From assembly GCF_038025025.1 (NCBI RefSeq), contig NW_027117354.1:62001-126000 (forward strand): DNA of 64,000 nucleotides, given 5' to 3'. Positions 1-11,982 of the stretch are shown in pieces. A model generated the notes under the pieces. That model saw only the letters and a list, made by a program, of their open reading frames with translations. It was not told the origin of the DNA and searched no databases. The number at the start of each line of letters is the position of its first letter. Within the stretch, counting starts at the first letter, position 1. This DNA comes from Phyllosticta citribraziliensis (Eukaryota). The translations under genes were made by a program, and so were the position numbers.

Positions 1-3000
1 TGACTTCCACGCTGGTACTCAAGTTGGTTGCCCCACTCAGTGCCCGCGCAATGCTCGTCTCATTCTTTTCCCGGACCAATCTCCTGAATGCGTTGATCAG
101 GAACCCCGAGAAAATGTCGATCGACCAGTCGTCTGGAATCATGCCCAATACCTGCTGCACATCAAACCAGCCGCCAAAGCGCTCGAGCAGCTCGCCTGTC
201 CGCTCAATCCGATCCGAAATGTCTTCGATGCGCAAGAACTCGTGGAGCAGGTAGCCAAAGAGACGTGCTTGCTCCTCATGTGATGGAAGTGCAGATGTCG
301 GGACACTGCCGGTGGTTGGGCGGTAAATCGAAGACCCACCCAACAGGCAGTAGCTGATGGCCGTGTCAAAGTCTCCAAGTCCGTGTGTGAGTAGACGGAT
401 GGCGTGTTCGTGGCGGCCCTGGCGTCCATTCAGGATGATCATTTCAGGAACCAGTTCACGCTCAAAAGGTGTGAGCCGTGCGAGGATGGCGTCCACTTTG
501 TACGATGACGCGGCATCCTGACCGGTGCCGAGCAGTTGGAGCAACCTCAAACGGCTGTGCCACCACTCGGCGTCGAAGGAGTTTTCGGTGATGAATTGGC
601 GGTAAGTGGGTTTGGGTGCTCGGAGCGCACGATATGTTTCGTACGTCTGCAGCAGCGTGTCTTTCGCTTCTTGTGACGTTTCGAGCTTGTCTACAACAAT
701 GTCGAGGTAGAAAGATATGAGGTGGTTGGCATATTGCGTTTGCTATTAAGTCAGTATTGATTCATGTGTCGTTGATATCTCCTTACCTTTTTGCCATAGA
801 CGAGATACTCCAGATACTCTTTGACTGCACCTGGTGCCTTTGACTTGAGCAGGTCCACGGCTTCATCGTAGCGGAATTTGACTCTGCTATTCTCGTCCGC
901 AAAGACTTGAACGCCTAACTTGGGATTGCGATTGGCCAGCCAAGTACCATACTCTTCAACGATTGGTCGATCTCGGATTCTTCCCAAGTACTTGCGAAAT
1001 TCCGACTCTGCATCGGGGAAATCGTCGCCCTTGTTCGTGCCCGAGTCGATGATGCGTCTCCAAGTTTCGAGAACGTTGGCAGCCTGCTTGCGGCTTTGAT
1101 ATAAGCGGCTGAGGACGTAGAGACGGTTATACTGCTCCAAAAGTTCAACGGCTCGATCCCAACAGTCAACCCCATTGTCGACGAGGGCGTTGAGCTCGGC
1201 GCGCAGAGATCCAGGAGTCGCAGGACCAGGAGGACTGCATGTATCGAGAAGCAGTAGGAGATGGAGCAGGGCAGCATCCACGGTGAAGAATACCTCTTTT
1301 TCGTCGGCAACACTTCCGAAGCCCTTTTTCCGCCGCCACCGCAGCAAATAGCGCTTGACCAACAGGAACAGGGTGTTTGCAAGTGGGCCAGTAGGGTCCA
1401 AGGACATGTCCGCGAGGTTCTCCTGCAGGAGGAAACCCTCGACTACTTCTTGGATGCCTCCTTGTATCCAAATACCCCTTGGTCCTTGCAAGACCTCGTC
1501 CCTGAGTAGTGGCAACAAAGCCAAGACGATGCGGGGATCTACTTCACCCTGTTGCAATGCTTCTTCCGTCTTGCTTCGGTTCACATCATCAATGGCGATG
1601 CCAAACTTTGTCTGGATGATGAGATCCATGAAGAGTAGCAGAGAAGCCTTTTGACGGATGTAGGTGAATCCAAGATAATCTGCCTCGGTGCGCGGCTCTA
1701 GGCCTCGAATGCTGTTCAACAAATAGTCGACAATCTGGCGTCTTGGACTGATGATGGTGCTCCCTGGCGTGGAATTTTGCGCCAAAGTGAGTTTCGCATC
1801 GAGTTGAGCGATGAGTGGGTTCCTGACAATCCACCAAACCTCGTAGTCATTCCACAGCATGTTGCGCGACCGAAATCGACACAGGCTGCTCGTGAATGCA
1901 CGCTCGTCTTTTTCCCTAGCAGTCTCGGCGTCCTTGTTATTCTGGCCGCTCTGAGAGTCTCTCGTTTTCAAATGCAATCGCCGGAGCGAAAGCATATCGC
2001 TAATCTCGATCAGATTGAGTTCGCTCTCTGTCGTGACGGTACGAATGCCAAGAGCCTGTCTGCTATGTGTGGGTATGCGAGAATCATCTTCGGTGGTGTC
2101 CGGTAGCGCTCCCAAATTCAGCCATTCTCTTGATGCCGCGTTTTCTCCTGGATCCAAGTCCCATCGTTGTACTTCTACGCCCCGCGATATTCCCGATGCG
2201 GTTCGACGCTTGATGACGGCCAGCACAAAACCTTCTTCAGGGGCTTCACCGTTGTTGATGGAGCTACTCATTGACATGGTCGGATCGATCCCAGAGCCGT
2301 CGGTAATCAAAGCCTCGGGGTAGGTCTCAAACTCGAGCGTGCCGCGGACCACATCCCCGTCGAGGTTGACAAACATGCCGACTCCTGGCTCCTCTGGCGT
2401 CGTTCCAGTTGTGAGAAGGAATTCAGTAGGATTTGGAGACACCACGTGTGGTTTCAGAGGCGTAATCTTTTTTTCGACGGGGGGAGACGGCTGTCGAGCT
2501 TCTGGTTCTGGTGGAACCGGAGGCAGAGCCTTGTCTTCTGACGTCGATGCCTGGGGCGGTGGGCTCGTTGACCGAGGAGGAGGGGTTTGTGCTGGGCTAG
2601 GCGTCATTGATCTCGTCATGATGTCTGGTGCGTCAAATCCGTGCCTCGCGCTTCTAGGAAGCCTTGGACTAGGACTGGCCAGTCTTGACGGATCCGATGG
2701 ACCGACATCCCCACCTTCTTGAATAGTTGCGCTGCTGGCAGACACACTTCGAGAAATTCCAGGCTGTGTGATTGAAATGTCCTCGGAAGCCCCACCGACT
2801 TGAGCATTTGCTTCTTCGTCCAGGGAAGATATCGGAAATAGCGGAATCTTTTGCTGGTGCACGACATCCAACAGAGCATAAGAGTGCGCGTCAGCAACGC
2901 ACGCGAATCCATCCCGGCGAGATGTGGACAGGCAGCCTCCAAATTCGATATTCCGAATCCTCCGCGGTTCTTCACCGATCCGTACCAGTTGCATGCGGCT

Positions 3001-3550
3001 TCGCAGGCACATCATTATGACAACCCCAAGTTCCGAGTCATTTTCTTGCGCACCGTTGAGGTCCACTCCTCCTACCCACAAACAGCTTATCGGCTTCTGG
3101 GAAGCAAAGGCGGGCGACAGCTCGGGCAGCGAGTAAAAGGTGAGGGCATTGTTGCAGAGAACGCAAGCCTTGTTGACCTTGGGCAACATGAGGATCTGCT
3201 GCACCCCGATTCCCGCATTTTGTGTATAGCCCGGCTGAAGTCTCGATGCGATGATGAAGCTCGGCTGCCCAAAAGGATCGCTAGGCTCGGGTGGTATGAG
3301 GACGAAGTGCAATATCTCGGCCGCGGACGTGCCAATGTACAAGTTGTCGTCTAGGAAATAGTCAGCTCCTGCAAGAGTATGCACCGCCAGACTCACTCCA
3401 GAATTCAGCGCAAGTAATCTTGACCTCTTTGTGGTTTCCTTCGGCGGAGAGCGGTATGTCAGAGAGGACCTTGCGCAGCGTGTACGATCCAGTCTGCGTG
3501 AGGTTGCTCCGCCATTCGCGCGGGCTTCCGGAGCTCGCTGAAGCTTCCAT
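1..3550 (-). CDS. VPS3: Vps3/TGF-beta receptor-associated protein 1-like CORVET subunit (CNH domain, Vps39-like); 3' end runs off the window
   Basis: ATG at 3550 (MEASASS...ITCAEFW). GT-AG intron 3351-3396 with GCTGAC branch site. Long exon 787-3350 (NLYIGTS..ILHF; CNH-like N-terminus, TVDAALL helical region). Intron 743-786. Last exon is open to position 1 (QYANHLISFYLD...HGLGDFDTAISYC). Confidence 0.8.
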
Positions 3551-3844
3551 GTCTTGCGGTCATGGCAATTGACGTCGCCAGGCAGGTCCGAGCTCTCCAA
3601 GCTTCATGGTGGTCGTGGTGGTGTTGGGTCGTTCCTTGGTCCGCGGGCGTCCCGGGCTGGAGTTCCGCAACTGACGCGGCCGCGGCTCGCCTCCGCGACT
3701 TGACACCTCTCTCAACCCACATTCAACACTGCCAGCATCCACCCTGCGCTGCTCGATGCGCACCAGACGACTGAAGCTATACTCACGCCCTCAATCGCCG
3801 AGCACGCAAACGATTTACCCCACCGACATTACCCACCGTCGGCC

Positions 3845-6269
3845 ATGGCTGAAGCCGTCGACCCTAGCTCCGATGCGAGCTCCACCTTGAATGCGACGGA
3901 AAACGGCCACGAGCCTCCTACGAGTCAAGAAGCAGAGGCAGAAGCGACAAACGAGAATAACTTTCAAAAAGCCATAGCTGCCTGGAGAAGTACATATTCC
4001 TCGCAACACGGGAGAGGCAGCTCTAATCGCACCAGATGTCAACCTTGCGGGCCTCATGCCCACCCTGGATGGTGCAGCGGCAGAACTCGTAGAACACCAA
4101 CGCGACGCCCTTACTCAGCGGAAAGATTTGGCCCAGAAAACAAAGGACTTTCGGAAGCTAGACGAGGCAAGCAAGCTGACGGAAATCAAGGGCCTGCTCA
4201 AAGGTTTGTCTTGGAATGCTGTGTAGTACGCCACTGACCTTTGCAGCCTACCAAAACTTTATCGATGTCTTGACCAACCAGTCCAAGTCCATATCCACAG
4301 CCTTCTTCCAAGCATACACTCCCCTCTCCGAAGCACCAGATCCATACCCCCTCCTCGAGGCTTCTGTGGATTCCATCGTGACGGCCGAAGAGACGGTACC
4401 AAAGCTTACCGAAGAAAATCAACGCCTCCAAAAGACTGTCTCTCAGCTCACAACTCAGCTGGAGGATACCGAGAACAAATACGAGGAAGAACTCGGTGCC
4501 CGCAGAGGCGTAGAGGAGAGCAGGGACGCCAAGATCAAGGAAGTTGAGGCTTCCTGGTCCGCGGTATTGGGCGAAAAGCAAAACAACTGGGAAGCAAAGG
4601 AGAAGGCCTTGGAAGAAAAGGTGGAGAATCAAGATCGATTGCTCAAAGAGCTCAAGGCAAGCTACGAGGTCTCTCAAAGACTGGGCAAGGGCGAGGAAGA
4701 AGACGACAAGGTGGCCGGAGGCGCGACAGCTGCTGAATTGGAAATTGTCAGCTCGGAGCTGGATAGGACCAACCAGCGGCTGGCAGAAGTAGAGGCCAGG
4801 AACGAGCAACTCAGACTGGAACTGGCCCAATCAACTTCCAACGCAAACAGTATCCAAGCTTCGGTCAAGGTGGAAGACGATCCCACCTTTAGGAGACTGC
4901 AGTCGGAGAATTCATCCTTGTTGCGAAAGCTCGAGGCTGCCAAATTCGAAAAGGATTCCGAGAGACGAAAGATTGAGACGGAAACGAGGACGCTAGAGCG
5001 AGAGCTTGAATCCCTCAAGAAGGATCGAGACGCACTTCGAGAAAAGGTCAATAGCTGGGGAGATTATGATAATGTGAAGCGCGAATTGGAGGTTCTCAAG
5101 GTATGTTTGCCATTGATCTCGAATAGCTGTTGTCTTGAATTGCTACTAACGCTCGGCAGTCTATTGAATTTGCGACTGGGGACGACGATGACGCAGACCC
5201 AGCAGAGGAGGCGGGCGAGGGAAAGAGCAAGGGCAAAGGCGAAACATTGGAGCAGCTATTGCTGGCTCGGAATAAGAAATTGAGCAACGAACTCACCGTT
5301 CTTCGAGTCTCACACCAAGACTTGCAGACACGGCTCGAGCAGATGCAAGAAGAATTATCGAATTCCAACATGGAATTGGAAAAGACTCAAAAGCTTGCTC
5401 AGACGTTGGAGAACGATCTCGTTAGGGTACAACAGGAAGCGTCGAATGCATTCGACTCTTCGGCCATGTCCGTGGCCGGGACCTACACTACAAGATATCA
5501 AAAATCGTCGTATGGTGGACGAGGGGGCCGTTCATCACCAACATCATCCATCATTTCTGGTTTCGATCCTCGTGGAAGCCTTGATCCTGCGCGAGCTGGA
5601 GATCCTGTTGGTGGGGGATCTGGGATACTGCCAATGGTCACGGCGCAGCGTGACCGCTTCAAGAAGAAGAACGCGGAGCTCGAAAGCGAACTCCAAAAGA
5701 CACAGCAAACAGTGTCCGCGCTCCGGTCTGAAATTGCATCCTTGCAAAAGGACAACCTGCAGCTGTACGAAAAGACGCGATACGTTTCGACCTACAACAG
5801 GGGACACACGTCTGGGACATCTGCCTACTCGTCAAGCACAAATCCATCAACGATACAAATGGGTGATGGACCCTTGGATCGATACCGGTCAGCGTACGAG
5901 CAAAACATTTCGCCTTTTGCGCAATTTAGGGGTCGGGAGTCAGCCCGGGCACTCAAGCGAATGAGTCTACCGGAACGTTTGGTGTTTCGAGTCACAAGAA
6001 TGGTGCTTGCAACTCGCACTAGTCGGAATCTTTTTGCAGCCTACTGCGTCGGTTTGCATCTCATGGTATTTTGGATGCTGCTTTCTGGAACCGGCTCAGT
6101 TGTGGAAGAAACAGTCAGTCTCAGCAATACCAATGGTGGTTCGGCAGCGGCAGGAGTGGCAGGAGCCGCAGGAGCAGGCACAGGAGCTTTGAATGGTGGT
6201 CGAGGGGGTCCACTTGCTGCTGGCGATAGCGACAGCAGCTGGCATCAAGAAGGCTTCCAGGATACGTGA
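3845..6269 (+). CDS. COY1: Golgi coiled-coil membrane protein CASP/Coy1
   Basis: FQKAIAAWR and RKDLAQKTKDFRKL N-terminus, long coiled coils, ILPMVTAQRDRFKKKN and LQKDNLQLYEKTRY of the CASP C-terminal domain, TM segment (LFAAYCVGLHLMVFWML). Introns 3990-4035, 4204-4246 and 5101-5159 keep the frame. Confidence 0.92.
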
Positions 6270-8239
6270 AGACGATCCTGATGAGATCATGCTTGACCGT
6301 GCATGATCACTAGCATCATGTGCCGAATCACGCAAAGCAGATGATCAGTCTGGAGTTTCGGACAGATGCAGAGAGAAGAGAAAGGGAGGATTTTTGGCGC
6401 AACACAGCATTGCATGAGCCTGGGTTTGATGTCCGAGACGTCTCCAATCCATCCTGACTTGGACACAAGCCCGAGGGTGAGCGAGGTATGTACCTATACT
6501 GGATTTCTCAGCGCATACAGGGACAAGCATAGGCCAGTCGGCGTGGCGTTTGGAAGGCGATGTTTTGCTCACGCGGACCAGCTGGGAGATGTATATGCCA
6601 CCCCGCAGTCGCTCCTTGCCTATATCCGTCTGTGGAGGTTGAGGTAATGCATTATGATTTTTCAGATCCTCACTGTGGCTTGATGATTATCCTCACTTCC
6701 AACTCCTGTTTTACTAATGAAATTGACCGAATTAGGACTGCAACTACTGCCATCCGGGAGCTGCTCAGCGCAAAGCTGACAAGTGTTGGTGGCTTTGACC
6801 TGGGCCACGACATTGCCAACTTTGACAAAAGTCCAGCTTACGCCATGTTGGCGAATAGCGATGGTTGAATTCAGCTCACATTTGCTCCATTCATCTCACC
6901 AATTGAGCCACTCTACTCATCATATCATAATCCCAAGAAGACATTTTGCTCGGCTTCGGTTGAGGCGCCCGTAGACACGCGGCCGCTCTCTATGCGCAGC
7001 ATCTGCGGCAATCTGGCCTCGTCAAGCCCATGTTGACCAGATAGTCTCCACCACGGCGCCAAACACTACATCTTGCGGGTCTTGGACCGTCACGATCCAG
7101 TGGATATCCACGGGCGCAGAAGAAATGAAACGATTGTAGCCAATCCAACCCTGGCCGTGGCCAGCTCGCCAGCGCCATACTCTTGCAAGCGCAAATCCAC
7201 TAATTACCTGCATCGGGGAGGCACCAAACGCCAGGGACCGCAAATAGCTGCACAAGTCGAACGACTTATGTGCTCAAATCTCGCTGCTTACGGTCTGATG
7301 CAGGGTCGGCGCTTACCTGCAGCCAGTATGCGCGTTCTGATTGGCCCGGATGCGTCTTCGTTGTCGACTGCCCCCGACCTGTCATGCTGGCCGGCCGTCG
7401 TACAGGCGGCTCTTGCGGGATTCTTGATGCGTTTGGAAGGTAAGAGATTTGACGACCGGGGCAGGGAAGAGGGATGGCTGGGTGGATGGTTGCTCGCGGG
7501 TCACGACACAGATGCTTTGCGAACCACCACCACAATCAGGATCACAAAGCGAACACAATCCAGGAACCGTGGTACAGCTGAAATCTGGCAGTTTCTGTCA
7601 GCGCACAGCCGAACAGACAGACAGCCAGCGCAAGCCCACTCTGACTACTCAGAATCCTGCGGAGCTCACGCGAGAGCAGCAGAGAAAAAATAAATGCGGG
7701 GAGAGGCGTTCCTTTTCCCCCAACCTCCGAACAACAACGACACAGTCCAACAGTCCAAAATAGACATGGAGAAGAGAGGGAAAAAAGCTTGGCCCGGGGA
7801 GTGGCAAGGGTGTGCAGCCTCTGGCTTCCCGAGCGGTTCTGGGTGCAACGGGCAGACCCGCGCCCAGCCAATCAAGTCGCCCAGAGTATTCTGAGCGACT
7901 GGATAGCCGCTCACCACAGGCCGACTACACGGCTACAGCTCTGGTTGCACCGGCGGGTCCTGCTCACAACCACTGCATTGCATACATATAAGGAAATGGA
8001 GAGCTCCTGGCCAGACGCCTGTCTTTACCAGTCTCTGTTTACCTCTTCGACACCACGTCTCGTCGTTGACGCTTGACCGCCTGTTTGCTGCCATTCTGCC
8101 GTTTACCTGTTGGGATCCTTTTTCTTTTAATTCTTGGAGTCGTAAAGGAAGCTACTGGACGTTTGATTGAGATTGGATTTGATATCCGGCTCGAAATCTT
8201 TCCAAGTCCAGCTCCCATCAAACCAAGAGAAACGACACG

Positions 8240-9121
8240 ATGCATTTCTCTCCCGCATTAGCCATCCTCGCGGTGCTCGCACCATCCAGCATTCTCGCGG
8301 CGCCCACAAAAACAACAAATCTTCAACGGCGAACCGACTCCAAGACTGCCTCGTCATCTTCGTTGACAGATGAGACTTTCGACATTAGCGTCCTCTCGAA
8401 AATCTGGCAACAGGCCAGCAGCTGCGATGTCAGCAGCGTAACCATGCCTCTCTGTACGTCGACCAAAAGACCATCTACTCACATCAAACTAACACTCTCT
8501 TCAGCCGACGCCTCATCACCCACAGCTTTGCCTTCGCCTTCTTCTGGTCTGACACTCTCCCACGTCGCCGTCGGCCGCGGCACGCAAAACTACACGTGTA
8601 GCGGACTCTCCGCCACCGAATCACCCAAAGCCCTCGGCGCCGTAGCCACGCTCTTCAACGCAACATGCGCAGCGGCCAACAGCCCATCCCTCCTCTACGA
8701 CACGCCGGCCATCGCCCTCCAATACGACATCCCCACCGCCGCATCAGCGCTCGAAGCCTACTCCATCCTGCTCTCAGGGCACCACTACTTCACCAACGCG
8801 TCGACGCCCTTCTTCAACCTCGACACGGCCGACCACAACTGGGGCGTCGTGGCGGCGCAAAAGGCGGCGTCCGTGTCGGCCCCGTCGTCCGGCAGCGGCG
8901 CCGCGGCCGCCGTCAACAAGAAGCTGACTGACGACGGCGTCGACGGCGCCGAGAATGGTTCGTGTGCGTGGTTGCAGCTCGCGGCGCGAGACGAGCCTGG
9001 CCTCGCGTGGAAGGAGGTGTACAGGCTGAACACGGCGGGCGGTAATGCGCCGGATACGTGCGAGGGCATCGACGGCGACTTTGAAGTGCAGTATGCGGCG
9101 ACGTATTGGTTTTGGGCGTGA
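8240..9121 (+). CDS. Secreted DUF3455-family protein (often mis-annotated as fungal 'malate dehydrogenase')
   Basis: Signal peptide MHFSPALAILAVLAPSSILA. Motifs GRGTQNYTC, GAVATLF, GHHYF, WLQL, VYRLNTAGG.AP.TC, VQYAATYWFW. Probable 51-nt intron at 8454-8504. Confidence 0.85.
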   Translation: MHFSPALAILAVLAPSSILAAPTKTTNLQRRTDSKTASSSSLTDETFDISVLSKIWQQASSCDVSSVTMPLCTSTKRPSTHIKLTLSSADASSPTALPSPSSGLTLSHVAVGRGTQNYTCSGLSATESPKALGAVATLFNATCAAANSPSLLYDTPAIALQYDIPTAASALEAYSILLSGHHYFTNASTPFFNLDTADHNWGVVAAQKAASVSAPSSGSGAAAAVNKKLTDDGVDGAENGSCAWLQLAARDEPGLAWKEVYRLNTAGGNAPDTCEGIDGDFEVQYAATYWFWA

Positions 9122-10044
9122 GGTGGTGCTGTGGCAGGCATGATGCGGTCAACGTCTTCCCTTCTCTGTCTATTCTCTTGCATTTGTTCTGCGTCGTGGA
9201 TGGTGTGGCGGCTGCGTGGCAAAGGGTGCAGACATTGCTCCCTCACTCTTCGAGGCGCACGGCGGCGGCGGCAGGCAGGCGTCTTTGGAAGATTTTCTTT
9301 CTCCTCTCGTCCAGTCAGGTGCAAAAATCCTGCCTTTTACTTGCCTTTACAGTTAGATACCTTTACGTAGTCGAAAGAGCCTTTTCAGTATCGCCATACA
9401 TTGTGCATGTAGAATTGGTTCCATCTACAAGCGACGACTATGGACCACAGACCAAGCCGATTATCCGAATCAACCTTCTCCTTCCTCTCGCACGCTCCCG
9501 TCTCGTCGTCCCCCATTTTCTTTTACCGCTGAGCTGAGCCACGCCGCGCCGACGAGTCGCAGACCCATCCAGCCAGACACCCCCCCACCCACGCGAAGCA
9601 AGACAAGACGAAACAAGAGCAGGGCAACCAAATGCAGCTTCGACGCGCCCAGCACCGACGCACTCTCCGGCTCAATCGGCACCACGACCACGCAGGCCAG
9701 CAAATGGCAAAGACGACATTGGTAAGCGACGTTTGGGAGAGAGACGCTTGTTTCATCAAGGCGAGACGACCATCCCCAACCGTGCGCGTCTACGTGCGTG
9801 ATCGATCGCTGGTGGAGACGACTCGACTCGCTTAACTGCTGAAGCAACTCTACGACAAACAAAAACACCCTTTGACGCCCGTTTTCCCAGGGTATTCACT
9901 GTCCGTCTACCCGTCTTATCCGGGAACATGATGGCTGATAAAAGAAAACTCCGCGCTCGATATGGCAAACTGCCGTTTCCAGGACGTGCGTGTCTGAAAG
10001 ATCCTTGGAAGCATTCACGCCCACCTCCTGATCCAGGACCAAGT

Positions 10045-11749
10045 TCAAGCATCCCTCCTCTTATCCCTGTGGCGTGTGCTCCGCACCCTTGTCACGCCGC
10101 TGCGTTCCTGTTCGGACTGCGGCGGCGGCGGCTGCTGCTGCTGGGCCATGGCCAGCTTCCTGGGCCAGTCGACGCACAGGTCAATGTTCTCTCGCGGGTA
10201 CCAAAACTCTAGAAACACAAAAAGCAGGTAGTCGATGATGACACACAGGCAAAATAGCTTGCCCGCCCAGATGCCGCAGCCGTAGTATCGCTTGAGCCGG
10301 TCGATGAGGGCGAAGCTCTGCACGCCTGCCCGGCCGCGCGTGGCGCCCCATCCGCCGCTCGAGTAGCCGTAAAACTCCTCTTCGCTGAGCACGCCAGATA
10401 TGCCGTTGTAGACTCGTTCGGTGCGTTCAGCGACGTCGGTCCACGAGTACATCATTTTGACTTGCTCGTGGAAGCGCTCCGTGCGGATTTTATTGGCTCG
10501 GAGATCTGCAATCGCTTGTCCCGTCGCCGCTACGAGATCGTCTTCCTCTGGTTTGGCAAACGTTGTCATGTGTGCTGGTAGCACTTCTGGAATACCACCG
10601 ACTCGGGTGCAGACGACGTACAGGCCGCAGCTCGCGGCTTCAACGATGACGGTGCCAAAGGCTTCTGTAAGACTGGGATGAAGATAAATGTGCCCGCGCA
10701 CCATGACATCCCGGACCTCCTCGTGCCTAACGGGGCCCAAAAGCTCGACGCGGTCCTGAAGCACGTTTCTTTCGAGCATTTGCTCAAGATCGATGGCTTT
10801 CGGACCTGACCCAGCGATGATAAATCTGACGTTGGGGTGAGCGGCCAAGATTCGAGGAATAGCAGCAATCAGCAAGTCCGTCCCCTTGTTGTAAAACAGC
10901 CGCGAGATGACTACGATGGTGATTGTATCGTGGGGGCCAATTGTCTGCGAGACTGGGTTTCCTGGCCGTCCATTGGCCGCGCCATCTTCCGTATCGTAGG
11001 ACTTTGGTCGAAAGTTCTCGGCGACCACGGCATTTGGAATGACAGACACCATCAGAGGGTCCAGCGACGCGCGCAAGACGGTGTTTTCCTTGCTGAAAAT
11101 AGTCAGTATCTCATGTAAACCTCCAACGATGTGCTTACCAGGTGTGGCTGACACAGATGACGTGATCCACATCACTGAGGGTGAATTTCAAGAGTTTGTT
11201 GGTCAGAATGCTGGCCGCGTCCGCAAAGCCAAACAGCGAGTGGTCCGTAAAGACAGTCCGCAGGCCCATTGTGCGCGCATGCAGAATGGCCTCATGGCAG
11301 AGACTACTAAGGCTGGCATGTCCGTGTACAATCTCAATCTTTTCTCTTATGACGATGTTGCGAAAGATGGGGAAGAAGGAGAAGACGGTCGGAAACGTGG
11401 TCTCGCGGTAGATGACGAGGAAGGGGACGTGGTAGACTTTTAGGCCGTTTGTGAGATATCTGATTCCTTTGCGACCTTCGTACGCGTGGGTGATGATGAT
11501 GACTTTGTGTCCGCGGTTTATGAGCTTCTGCGACGGATTAGCCATGGCTTTCTGATGGACTGCGGGTCTTACGGTTGAGAGTTGGTAGATGTGACTTTCC
11601 ACACCACCTGGAAATGTCAATTTCAAACTCTTTGCATGCGCTTCTTGACCGACCAGGTTGAGGAAAGAAGAAGTCGCTAATCATCCTGCCAGCAGGTTAG
11701 ACGGGCGCAATTAACCGTGTGTGGGGACGTACGCAATATTGTACGGCAT
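10045..11749 (-). CDS. SPT14: Phosphatidylinositol N-acetylglucosaminyltransferase catalytic subunit (GPI3/SPT14/PIG-A)
   Basis: Spliced N-terminus [27 protein letters not shown] built from small exons (introns 11686-11732, 11608-11653, ~11528-11573, ~11091-11138). Motifs [12 protein letters not shown] and [18 protein letters not shown] (GT4 EX7E). C-terminal TM segment. Confidence 0.96.
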
Positions 11750-11982
11750 CTTGAGCGCCTTCTTCCGTTACGCCTTGTAACAGAAGATTCGATGGTCAGG
11801 CAATGCATTGCAGGTTGATTGGCAACGCCCTTACGGGTCCTGAGAGTTGGTGTAGGGTTGCGCGTCGCGGAAGCATCCCGCTGCAACGACACGGATGGCT
11901 AGGCGGTGTGGTTCTGCCGGCAGCTCAAATGAATTTACGCGGACCGCGAACTTGTCAACTTCACATTCTCGCAACTTTGACG

